Source: an uncultured virus (IMG/VR IMGVR_UViG_2788500181_000007)
Lineage: Duplodnaviria > Heunggongvirae > Uroviricota > Caudoviricetes
DNA length: 64,000 bases
Direction: 5' to 3' (one strand)
IMG/VR virus record: IMGVR_UViG_2788500181_000007
A program made the position numbers and the translations under genes. How positions within the stretch are numbered: position 1 is the stretch's first letter; the number at the start of each line of letters is the position of its first letter. Positions 39,686 through 47,673 of the stretch are shown piece by piece. Under the pieces are notes generated by a model. It was not told where the DNA came from and did no database searches. It saw nothing but the letters and a program-made list of their open reading frames with translations.

Positions 39686-39800
39686 TGGCTTCGCGCGCAG
39701 GTATCGAACCTGCCCCAACCCAAAGCGTCGCAACGCTCGCAGATCTGTAACTCTGCGGGGTGGTATCGCCCGTGTCTTACAGGACACTCGAATCGCGAAG
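39686..39800 (-). ncRNA. tRNA-like RNA (115 nt): acceptor-like stem, T-arm and CCA with a non-canonical core
   Basis: CTTCGCG/CGCGAAG-CCA; GCAGG-TTCGATA-CCTGC; three internal hairpins; complementary loops CTGTAA/TTACAG. Confidence 0.7.
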
Positions 39801-39809
39801 ATAGTAAAG

Positions 39810-40347
39810 TGGTGCGGGGCAGGAGCTTGGTAGCCTGCCATCCGATGTTAGTAACTAATTTTATGCGACTTGCGGGAGGATTGAGCAGTCGCCTGCCGTA
39901 CCTCCAACGGAATACTGAACAATTAATTGTTTAGTTCTTAGTGTACCTAAGACCGTACCTCTCGACCCCGCTACGGGATGCTTCCGCCTTTCCTCTGCCA
40001 CATGGCTGTCGTACTCGGTGCTTAACATGCTTTGCGTTAGCTCGGCGTGAGAGTGCAATGTTAGTTATTAACTCGAAACCCGATCTGATGTACCCATGTT
40101 CCATTGGTAGCGTAACCTCGAGAACCCTTCCGCGAAGAAGGCAGATCAACTTGTGCTCGCATGCCATCAGCGTGGCATGTTTACGAGCGTCCGCGTACGA
40201 TCGACTAGAACGACCGTACAAAGTGAAGCAACTTTACTTCGTTGGTTTGGCTAACCAAATCCCAAGCGAGGAATTTCTGAGATCCAAAGGATCGAAGAAA
40301 AGGACGAAGGAGCTTCAAAGAAGAAACTGAGGAAATACGAGCCCCAC
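39810..40347 (-). ncRNA. Large structured ncRNA (~538 nt) ending in ACCA, family unknown; 5' end tentative
   Basis: 7-bp closing stem GTGGGGC/GCCCCGC plus A-CCA; more than ten hand-identified helices; no credible ORF. Confidence 0.6.
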
Positions 40348-40510
40348 CATAGTTTTCGGGCAACCTGACGGTTTTGGTTTTTTTGGATTTCTTCTCCGCA
40401 TCGCTAGGAATGTTCGCATGATAGTACCCTAGCCGATCGTACAGGAGACAAATAACGTTGACTGCGGGGCAAGCGGTTGTCGGAAGACGGTATCTTGAGT
40501 AAAGTTGGGG

Positions 40511-40756
40511 ATGCCAGCGAAGAAAAAGCGAAACTACAAAAAAGAGTACAAGAGCTACCACGCTAAGCCTAAGCAGAAGAAAAGGAGGGCTCAACGCAAC
40601 TCCGCTAGGTCGAAGATGGTAAAGGCGGGGAAAGTCCGCAAAGGCGACAAAAAAGACGTCGACCACAAGGATCGGAACACCGCTAACAACAAAAGATCGA
40701 ACCTGAGGGTCACATCCCGGGCCAAGAACCGAGGATACGCTCGGAAGAAACGGTAG
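40511..40756 (+). CDS. Small basic HNH endonuclease-like protein
   Basis: DVDHKD.N..NN..SNLRV....NR. Confidence 0.8.
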   Translation: MPAKKKRNYKKEYKSYHAKPKQKKRRAQRNSARSKMVKAGKVRKGDKKDVDHKDRNTANNKRSNLRVTSRAKNRGYARKKR

Positions 40757-41059
40757 TTTTACGTTTCTGTAACGTTTTAAAAAGGAAAAACGTAAAGGCT
40801 TACCCTGCTGTCACGCAGTAACTTAGGGCATAGCTTTACGTTTTTACGTTTTTTCCGGCGAAAAGATATTTTAAATCTTCTATTCCTTTATACACCTTCT
40901 CCTCTTACCCTTCTTTCTTTTATTATTATACTTATAATACTTTTATTAAGATAAAAACGTAAAAACGTAAAGGTAAGTTGTAAGTTCCTGCCTGCAAACA
41001 ACTTGACTATTTACGTTTCTCTCTACAAAAACGTAAAATCTTTACGTTTTAAACGTTAA
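40757..41059. repeat. Putative replication origin: TTTACGTTT/AAACGTAAA iterons around an AT-rich core
   Basis: Nine exact copies plus degenerate ones in both orientations; AT-rich centre ~40860-40950; directly upstream of the replication operon. Confidence 0.7.
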
Positions 41060-41090
41060 GCTTTCCGGCGTTGCTATACAAAATATATCA

Positions 41091-41120
41091 TTGACATCTT
41101 TTTGTTTTACATGGTATAAC
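41091..41120 (+). promoter_or_regulatory. Sigma-70 promoter TTGACA-N18-TATAAC with extended TG
   Basis: Near-consensus hexamers; predicted +1 falls on the ATG at 41127. Confidence 0.8.
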
Positions 41121-41126
41121 AACGGT

Positions 41127-41279
41127 ATGTCCTTAGAGAATCAAGTAAACATACGGGTAGACGACAATCTTCTAGCCGAAATACGCAAGTTAGCTAAAGC
41201 CCGCTACTCTACCCCCTCGCAGGTTGTGAGAGAGGCTATAGCCTACTACCTCAGACGGAAAAAGGGTGAGGATGAGTGA
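41127..41279 (+). CDS. Ribbon-helix-helix (CopG-like) regulator
   Basis: QVNIRVDDNLLAEIRKLAK....SQVVREAIAYYL. Confidence 0.8.
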   Translation: MSLENQVNIRVDDNLLAEIRKLAKARYSTPSQVVREAIAYYLRRKKGEDE

Positions 41280-41508
41280 CGTGGTAGTAGATCACGGGGA
41301 ATCCCCCGCCCTAGTAGCGCTTATGCTGGCCGACATCTTGATACCGGAGAAGAAACTCCACTCGGTTTTTAGCAGGACTTCACTTTGGAGGCTCCGACGA
41401 AGCGGCATGCCCGTATATAAAGTCCCATCCGTGGGCGTATGCGTAAAGCCCTCTGACCTCAAGGAGCACTTGGAATGCGTGGCCCACCTGACAGAGTCCT
41501 CGGAATAG
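41272..41508 (+). CDS. Xis/AlpA-like HTH protein
   Basis: SRTSLWRLRRSGMPVYKV...VKPSDLKEHL. Confidence 0.55.
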   Translation: MSDVVVDHGESPALVALMLADILIPEKKLHSVFSRTSLWRLRRSGMPVYKVPSVGVCVKPSDLKEHLECVAHLTESSE

Positions 41509-41948
41509 ATCCGGGGGCTTCAGGTGGGTATGCCCTGATTGAGGGCGACGAGGTCACCTTGCGACGCTACACGACGGAACAGGAATTCCTCGAGTTCCTC
41601 CGACCCTTGACCAACGACCAATCGTTAACGACCAACGTAGTGATTGAAGACGTCCCACCGTTCGTAGCAGCAGCCACGTCAGCAAGTTCGTCGTTCAAGT
41701 TAGGTTATAACTTTGGTTACCACGTTGGGGTATGTCGAATGGCTGGATTCCGAGTTGATTTGGTCAGGCCCCAGGTATGGCAGAAGGGAGTCAAAGGTCT
41801 CCGGCCGAAGCTTGGGTACACTGAACGGAAGCGTATATTAAAGGACAACGCTTGCCGGAAATACCCTGATTTAAAGGTTACACATGCCGTTGCGGACGCG
41901 CTCTTAATCGCGGATTGGGCGCTTGCGCAGCATCGTGAAACTTTTTGA
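41475..41948 (+). CDS. RuvC-like Holliday junction resolvase
   Basis: VLGIDPGASGG, VIEDV, PQVWQK, ADALLIA. Confidence 0.85.
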   Translation: MRGPPDRVLGIDPGASGGYALIEGDEVTLRRYTTEQEFLEFLRPLTNDQSLTTNVVIEDVPPFVAAATSASSSFKLGYNFGYHVGVCRMAGFRVDLVRPQVWQKGVKGLRPKLGYTERKRILKDNACRKYPDLKVTHAVADALLIADWALAQHRETF

Positions 41949-41958
41949 AACATTTTGT

Positions 41959-41987
41959 TTGACAACTGTAATACATGCTATTACATT
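41959..41987 (+). promoter_or_regulatory. Sigma-70 promoter TTGACA-N17-TACATT with overlapping inverted repeat
   Basis: TGTAATA-CATGC-TATTACA palindrome across the spacer and -10. Confidence 0.65.
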
Positions 41988-42019
41988 GCGGATTCATTCA
42001 CACACCAACCCAGTTAAAT

Positions 42020-42337
42020 ATGAGTACTAATACAGAAGAAAACACGAGCACCCCCGACTCCGACTCCGACTCCGANTCCGACTCCATGCCTATGGAGTTT
42101 CATGCGATTAACGACGATCTTTTCTACAAGGCTTTTGACGGGGCCGCCGAATCGATCGACAAACTTATTCCCAACCAAGACGAGCCGATGCCTTTGGCNA
42201 TCGCCGCCGGGTTCATGACGGGGACCATTGGTTTGGTCTTTGCGTCCTATGGGAAAGACATCGCCATGCGACTCCTCGAGAACACTCAGCAAAACGTTGA
42301 GGTTTTTGACCGCTTGGANGAAGGACGGAAGTCATGA
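42020..42337 (+). CDS. Hypothetical protein with DS hexamer repeat
   Basis: ATG 42020 after the promoter; ccgact repeated about five times. Confidence 0.6.
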   Translation: MSTNTEENTSTPDSDSDSXSDSMPMEFHAINDDLFYKAFDGAAESIDKLIPNQDEPMPLXIAAGFMTGTIGLVFASYGKDIAMRLLENTQQNVEVFDRLXEGRKS

Positions 42338-42504
42338 CCCTTGCTCTTAAGGTAATTATTTGCGTCGGTATTTCAGCCATGTCCAATGGTTGCGGGCATA
42401 CCGCCCTGCTCCACTGCACCGACAAAACCGTTAGCGCCGACCACGTATGTCCCGAACCCGGGCATGGACCGTGCGTCTTTTGCTTGGAGGGGCTTTCCCG
42501 ATGA
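42334..42504 (+). CDS. Small Cys/His-rich protein, possible lipoprotein (56 aa)
   Basis: Hand-translated MTLALKVIICVGISAMSNGC...; ATGA overlaps at both ends. Confidence 0.5.
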   Translation: MTLALKVIICVGISAMSNGCGHTALLHCTDKTVSADHVCPEPGHGPCVFCLEGLSR

Positions 42505-42689
42505 AGAGCTTTATCTTTAAACTATGGATCTGGTTTGGGATCAAGGTAGGCTTTTTGCCCACCCCCACTAAAGGGAAGAATCTAAAATTCTACATGACCG
42601 GAACCGAAGACGCAGGGTTGCTGACCACCCACTTTTCACGAGATGCGCTTAGCTTCCAACGAGGGTTGAGGCAACTGATAAGAGAATGA
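42501..42689 (+). CDS. Hypothetical protein
   Basis: ATGA coupling at both ends. Confidence 0.55.
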   Translation: MKSFIFKLWIWFGIKVGFLPTPTKGKNLKFYMTGTEDAGLLTTHFSRDALSFQRGLRQLIRE

Positions 42690-42934
42690 AATGCCCGCTA
42701 TGCAACTGCGCCACCCATACTATAGAAACCCGAGCCGCCCAACGTTATGTCAGACGACGTCATAAATGCCCTGCTTGCGAGCACCGCTTCACGACAAGAG
42801 AGTTCTACGAAGAAGACACCCAGCTCGCCAAGCGAATCCTCAAGTACTTCCGACAATGCTTCCCCGAGATCTCAGCCGAAAAGCTCCCCGAAACAACCCC
42901 CTTCGAGGAGGCACGACAGTCTAGCGAAACCTGA
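42686..42934 (+). CDS. NrdR-N-like zinc-ribbon protein
   Basis: MKCPLC...ETR...VRRRHKCPACEHRFTTRE. Confidence 0.75.
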   Translation: MKCPLCNCATHTIETRAAQRYVRRRHKCPACEHRFTTREFYEEDTQLAKRILKYFRQCFPEISAEKLPETTPFEEARQSSET

Positions 42935-42977
42935 GTACGCTGACGATGCTGACTTATCCGGCGACCAAAAGCTTTCG

Positions 42978-43262
42978 ATGTTTGTAAACGGTCACATACC
43001 TATGATCGAGGAGGANGGTACCGAGCATTGGTACGATNCCACCGCCGGNCGCCCTTACACNTTGCAGGAGATTGCATCCGTAATGGGAGTTACCCGTGAG
43101 CGTGTCCGTCAGATCGAGGAGCAGGGCAAGCGCAAGTTATTCGCCCAGCTATGCAAGATCGCTCGGAAGGAAGGCGAAAACCCCATCGACTGGGCCAAGC
43201 AACTNCTTGGTGCTATCGAAAACAGCAGAGGACCCGATGAGTACGGTACTAGTAAGAGATAG
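42978..43262 (+). CDS. Sigma-70 region 4-like HTH protein (start uncertain)
   Basis: YxLQEIASVMGVTRERVRQIEEQGKRKL. Confidence 0.75.
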   Translation: MFVNGHIPMIEEXGTEHWYDXTAXRPYXLQEIASVMGVTRERVRQIEEQGKRKLFAQLCKIARKEGENPIDWAKQXLGAIENSRGPDEYGTSKR

Positions 43263-44568
43263 CGCAGTCGAGCTGTACGACTACCAAAAGGTACACGCCA
43301 ACAATCTTTGTCGGGCCCTTGACCTTTACAATTCGGCCTTGGACGGTTCGGATACGGGTACGGGCAAAACCGTCGTAGCCTTGGAGGCTTGTCGACGGAT
43401 GGACATGGTACCTTTTGTAATCTGCCCTAAAGCCGTGGTCCCTGTCTGGAAAGACTGGATGGATCGCTTTGGCTTTCGGGTTGGGTTTGCAAACACTTAT
43501 GAGAAGTTGCGCGGCGGACGGACGGAATTCGTTAAGCGTAGGGGTAAGGCTTTCGAATGGAAAGTTTTGTCCGACCGCGCACTTCTCATCTTCGACGAGG
43601 TGCATCGTTGCAAGGGTGACAAGAGCATCAACTCAAAACTTCTTGCTTCGACCAAGGACCAAGGACTGAAGACCTTGATGTTGAGTGCAACAGCCATCTC
43701 TCGTCCCCAAGATTTGAAGGCCATCGGATACCACCTTGGTATGCACGGTCACAAGGATTGGTGGAGATGGTGCTTACATCACGGATGCCGGCGCGGGCGA
43801 TTTGGTGGATTGGATTTTAACAACGACCCCAAAGTGCTGAAAGGATTCCACGANCATATTTACGAGGAGGGATTCGGGTCGCGAATTCGCATAGCCGATC
43901 TTCCCGAGGGTTCATTCCCCGAGACGGTCATATCTGCCAATGGCTATGAGGTTCAAGACCCGGACCTCCTCGACCATGCTTATGCGGATATGGCCCGTCG
44001 ACTTGACGCTCTNGAGGAGAAGCGGGCTGACGACGAGGAGAATCCGTTGACCATTCAGATTCGTGCTCGCCAAGAGGCCGAGCTATGNAAGGTACCTACC
44101 TTGGTCGAGTTGACTACTGACTATATTGATTCCGGCAATGCCGTCGCGATCTTCGTGAATTTCAAGGAAACCTTGGATGCGTTGTACGAGTGGCTGTATT
44201 CCAAGGGTGTCACAATTTCCATGATCAGGGGTGATCAGGTTGAGGGTGAACGATCCGAGCATATTCGCTCGTTTCAAGACAATGAAAGTTCCGTCTGTCT
44301 GGTCATGAGCCAGGCAGGCGGGACCGGATTNTCTCTTCACGACGAAACCGGCGATCGCCCTCGAGTCTCTCTCATTTCGCCCAGCTTTTCAGCGATCGAG
44401 CTCCGTCAGGTTCTCGGCCGTGTGCATCGGGCATCGGGCAAGTCGCCCTCTATTCAGAACATAGTCTTTGCCAACGGAACCGTCGAGATGAAGGTATGCC
44501 GTGCGGTTCGGGCTAAGCTCAATAACCTAGATCTCGTCAACGATGACGATCTCAATCCAATACTATGA
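43237..44568 (+). CDS. Superfamily 2 (SNF2-like) helicase
   Basis: DTGTGKT, DEVH, SAT, QVLGRVHR. Confidence 0.9.
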   Translation: MSTVLVRDSAVELYDYQKVHANNLCRALDLYNSALDGSDTGTGKTVVALEACRRMDMVPFVICPKAVVPVWKDWMDRFGFRVGFANTYEKLRGGRTEFVKRRGKAFEWKVLSDRALLIFDEVHRCKGDKSINSKLLASTKDQGLKTLMLSATAISRPQDLKAIGYHLGMHGHKDWWRWCLHHGCRRGRFGGLDFNNDPKVLKGFHXHIYEEGFGSRIRIADLPEGSFPETVISANGYEVQDPDLLDHAYADMARRLDAXEEKRADDEENPLTIQIRARQEAELXKVPTLVELTTDYIDSGNAVAIFVNFKETLDALYEWLYSKGVTISMIRGDQVEGERSEHIRSFQDNESSVCLVMSQAGGTGXSLHDETGDRPRVSLISPSFSAIELRQVLGRVHRASGKSPSIQNIVFANGTVEMKVCRAVRAKLNNLDLVNDDDLNPIL

Positions 44569-44756
44569 TGACAACATTGACTAATGGACAACTCGCTAAG
44601 CTTTGGACCTTTTGGTTCGCCCTTACTTTTGGGTACGGCTTTTACCACGGATACACGAACGCCGCGATGACGGGNTGGACTGCATGGACTATTCAATCCG
44701 TCTCAGTCATCCTGACCCTTTGGGTAGTCGGCCGGCTTTGGAGGATTGGCCCCTAA
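44565..44756 (+). CDS. Small membrane protein
   Basis: Two hydrophobic segments; coupled to the helicase stop. Confidence 0.55.
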   Translation: MMTTLTNGQLAKLWTFWFALTFGYGFYHGYTNAAMTXWTAWTIQSVSVILTLWVVGRLWRIGP

Positions 44757-44824
44757 CTTTAAGGGGCGTCCCCGTGTTTGGCTGGAAAACTAACATTAAT
44801 AATAGGGGCGCCCCGCAATTTAAC

Positions 44825-45043
44825 ATGAACGAAAGACCTACTAATGAAGAGATGGAACTTATGGCAAAGATTACAACGATGGATGAAAGGAATTATATCC
44901 CGNTCTACCTCGAGCGCCCCCGCGCCTCGAAAAAGAGATCCGGAAAGGCTTTCTTCACCGCCGAGACTCTGATCGCTTGCTTTGCCGGTGTCCTAGCCGG
45001 ATGCGGAGTAGGCTTTCTACTAGCACTTCAATGGATGCAGTAA
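44825..45043 (+). CDS. Small protein with C-terminal transmembrane helix
   Basis: MNERPTNEE...LIACFAGVLAGCGVGFLLAL. Confidence 0.5.
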   Translation: MNERPTNEEMELMAKITTMDERNYIPXYLERPRASKKRSGKAFFTAETLIACFAGVLAGCGVGFLLALQWMQ

Positions 45044-45091
45044 GCATCCGACTGAAACAAACACAAACAAAACACCCAAAAACCACACACC

Positions 45092-45340
45092 ATGCCAAAA
45101 CCACCAGTAGCAATAATAAGAGTTATGGTAACGAACGTCGACGATTCCGTAGGCGGTCGCGTCCAGCTCTTTTTTACTAGCGCCACCGAAGCCAACAAGG
45201 TATTTCGGCGGATCAACAAAGGGAACGACGAACGTTTCGAGCCGGAAGCGGAGGCTTTCGAGCCCGACATTCTCGATTGCGTAACCACCAAAGCCGGTGT
45301 CGTCGAGTTCCTAAACAAGCACTGCACGGAGGAAGGGTAA
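45092..45340 (+). CDS. Hypothetical protein
   Basis: 82-aa ORF after an A/C-rich leader. Confidence 0.6.
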   Translation: MPKPPVAIIRVMVTNVDDSVGGRVQLFFTSATEANKVFRRINKGNDERFEPEAEAFEPDILDCVTTKAGVVEFLNKHCTEEG

Positions 45341-45672
45341 TGACTGAAGTAGACGAAAAGTTCGTAAAGATCAAAACCTACGACGACATGCCTGAGCTCT
45401 ACCAAAACGAGCACAAGAAAAGCTACGACGCCGCGGTCAACATGATTGAGCAAAGCGGNCTCAAGGCCCTACGACCNGGAGGAGAGAACTTGTTCGACAA
45501 CATGACGTCGGAGGAGGGAATCGCCCGAGCGGTCGAGTACGCTGCCTTCATCGGCCTTCAAGTAGCGACCGTACAGGAGGAGATACGCCTCATGTACAAT
45601 GCTCTTGAACACATGGCGAAGGCTATCGACAAACTGAATGAAACCATCGGGGTAGAGGGTATCGAAGACTGA
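45340..45672 (+). CDS. Hypothetical protein
   Basis: TAATG and TGATG coupling to neighbours. Confidence 0.6.
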   Translation: MTEVDEKFVKIKTYDDMPELYQNEHKKSYDAAVNMIEQSXLKALRXGGENLFDNMTSEEGIARAVEYAAFIGLQVATVQEEIRLMYNALEHMAKAIDKLNETIGVEGIED

Positions 45673-46790
45673 TGGCCTCCCCCTCTCAACACCACGAGCT
45701 CGGACCGTCCACGTTAAAATACGTGGAGATATGCCCGGGCTATCGGTCAAGCAACGAGACCAACGTTTTTGCGGAGGAGGGCACCATGCTCCANACCGCT
45801 GCGGAGACGGGTGACTTGAGCGGGCTTAACGAGGAGCAGACGGAAGCGGTAGTGCTTTGCTTGAAGTACCTCGAACCCTACGAAAGTATTGCCGACAAAA
45901 TCCTGAAGGAGTTAAAGGTGCCCATCAGGTATGCCGGCAAGAAAGGGATATTCGGTTCCGTCGATCGCACTATTATCAAGGGTACGCACGTTGAAGTTGC
46001 GGACTTTAAATTCGGTAGGAGTGAGATTGACGGAGCCGACATAAACATCCAAGGGCAAGCATACCTATTGGGTGTCATGGACAAATACCCGCAGTTGCAA
46101 ACTGCTACAGTGCATTTCATCATCCCTAGGAGAGACGAGATTCACACTCATGATTACACCCGTGCAGACATGGATACCATCCGACTGCGGATACAGGTGA
46201 TAGTAGAGAAGGCACAGTCTGAGACCCCCGACCTTCGACCCAACACCGAAGGCTGTCGATTTTGCAAGCATCGTCTCTCATGCACGGCTCTTAGTGACAA
46301 GCTCTTNCCTGTAGCCAAGAAATACGCACCGACTGTTGAGGATTTCGAGCTCGAGCTTATGGACAACTACGATCCCGCCTTGATCGAGGACAACGCCGTC
46401 CTAGCCAAGATGCTTAACGTCGGCAACGTTATCGACGCATGGTCGAAAGCCGCTAGGGCCGAGGCCATCAGGCGAGCTGAAGAGGAGGGTGAAGAAATTC
46501 CGGGTTATGATTTGCGTTGGCGCAATCCCACTGCTAAGTTTGACAGCGCTCAAGATGTTTTCGACAGTCTGTCCGACCTCTTCGACCCTGAAGAATTCAT
46601 GCGAGCCTGTAACATTTCACTTTCCAAACTAGCCAAACTCTATGCCGAGAAATTACCTCGGGGTGCGAAGAAAGGCGCAAGAGGCCAGCTCGAATTACTA
46701 CTGGAGGAGGCCAAGCTATTACCCCCCGAGGAAGCTCGTGACAGAACCGCCTACCTTAAGAAATTACCAAAAAACCAAGACCCTTTTTAA
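45672..46790 (+). CDS. Cas4-like PD-(D/E)xK exonuclease (DUF2800-like)
   Basis: GPS...CPG...EEGTML, GSVD...ADFKFG...Q..AY, CRFC...C. Confidence 0.85.
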   Translation: MASPSQHHELGPSTLKYVEICPGYRSSNETNVFAEEGTMLXTAAETGDLSGLNEEQTEAVVLCLKYLEPYESIADKILKELKVPIRYAGKKGIFGSVDRTIIKGTHVEVADFKFGRSEIDGADINIQGQAYLLGVMDKYPQLQTATVHFIIPRRDEIHTHDYTRADMDTIRLRIQVIVEKAQSETPDLRPNTEGCRFCKHRLSCTALSDKLXPVAKKYAPTVEDFELELMDNYDPALIEDNAVLAKMLNVGNVIDAWSKAARAEAIRRAEEEGEEIPGYDLRWRNPTAKFDSAQDVFDSLSDLFDPEEFMRACNISLSKLAKLYAEKLPRGAKKGARGQLELLLEEAKLLPPEEARDRTAYLKKLPKNQDPF

Positions 46791-46841
46791 TCCATATGTA
46801 TAACAAATGTTATGCAAATAACCACAAAGACCAAACATAGT

Positions 46842-47564
46842 ATGAGCAAAACAAAATCATTACGTGAAGAAGCCAACGCCGCAACTGAAGTTGCAGAAGC
46901 CTCCGGAGAAATCATCGACGGAAGCCCAGTCACTGCCCTAGCCCAAACGGCTCCGGGNGCTAACCTCATTCAAGACCTCGACGAGAGCGATTTCGACTTC
47001 CCGAGGCTTACCATCTTGCAAGGCATCAGCCGACTTGCCCAGGAGGAAGACTTTTCCGCNGGGGACATCGTGCTTGACCAGCAATACAAGTTGGACAAGC
47101 CNATTGAGTTCACCGTTCTGCGGATGGGTAAGCTGTTCGAAGAGAACGTGGATTGGGACTCGGGTGAGATACCCCGCGTTTTGTCCAAGGCTGCCGCCGT
47201 CGAAGCCGGAGGATCTTTCGAGTGGGGCCACGACGGTTCCAAGCCTGACTGGATGCCGGTTGCAGATGCGTTCATTGCAATCCGAGGAGAGGATCCTGAG
47301 ATCTTTCCTTTCGAGTTCGGGGACGGAATGAACGTCGCATTCGCCCTTTGGCGGATCAAGGGGGTCGCATACAAGCGCGCCGCCGTCAAGATGTTCACCG
47401 CATTCCGGACCTACTACAGGGACGGTTTCAGTTCCGGAACCTTCTCGTTGACCACTTCGACTGACAAGTTCAACGGCAAAACCGTCGTCGTCCCTCAGCT
47501 TAAGAAGGGTACGGCCAACGACGAGGAATTCCGGGAGTGGCTCGCAACTCTCATCACTGCGTAA
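46842..47564 (+). CDS. Putative single-stranded DNA-binding/annealing protein
   Basis: Lies between exonuclease and polymerase; DFDFPRLTILQG motif. Confidence 0.5.
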   Translation: MSKTKSLREEANAATEVAEASGEIIDGSPVTALAQTAPXANLIQDLDESDFDFPRLTILQGISRLAQEEDFSXGDIVLDQQYKLDKXIEFTVLRMGKLFEENVDWDSGEIPRVLSKAAAVEAGGSFEWGHDGSKPDWMPVADAFIAIRGEDPEIFPFEFGDGMNVAFALWRIKGVAYKRAAVKMFTAFRTYYRDGFSSGTFSLTTSTDKFNGKTVVVPQLKKGTANDEEFREWLATLITA

Positions 47565-47605
47565 TTTAGGGTTACCACAACCCTTATTCACAATTGGTGT
47601 GTGAA

Positions 47606-47646
47606 GGGGGGCCCGGGGTTTTTCCTTCTGTTTTCCTCGGCCCCCC
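47606..47646 (+). other. GC-rich hairpin between the SSB and polymerase genes
   Basis: GGGGGGC..CGGGG / CCTCG.GCCCCCC; no trailing U-run. Confidence 0.5.
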
Positions 47647-47673
47647 AACTCGCACTGTCTACCATTACGCAAC

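Noticed and set aside
39686..39800. Canonical tRNA-Tyr (CTGTAA loop)
   Set aside because: The loop is 6 nt and sits in the D-arm position; no D-arm; too long for a standard cloverleaf
40277..40335. Hammerhead ribozyme core on the plus strand (CTGAGA...GAA, CTGAGGA)
   Set aside because: CUGANGA, GAAA and the three stems cannot be assembled
39810..40347. tmRNA or RNase P RNA (ACCA end; GAGGAAAG at ~39990 on minus)
   Set aside because: No G3-U70 pair, TTCGA T-loop or tag ORF ending in Ala residues; no RNase P P4 partner near the 3' end
39635..40666. Short ORFs listed over the ncRNA locus
   Set aside because: Mutually overlapping, no recognisable motifs; better explained by RNA structure or as antisense to the HNH gene
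40757..41059. CRISPR array
   Set aside because: Repeats are 9 bp, in both orientations and irregularly spaced; the Cas4-like gene is in a replication context with no other cas genes
42747..42977. Ser-rich N-terminal extension of the sigma region-4 ORF
   Set aside because: Mostly overlaps the better-supported NrdR-like zinc-ribbon gene in another frame
44565..44756. Holin
   Set aside because: Two TM segments, but it lies in the replication operon with no endolysin nearby
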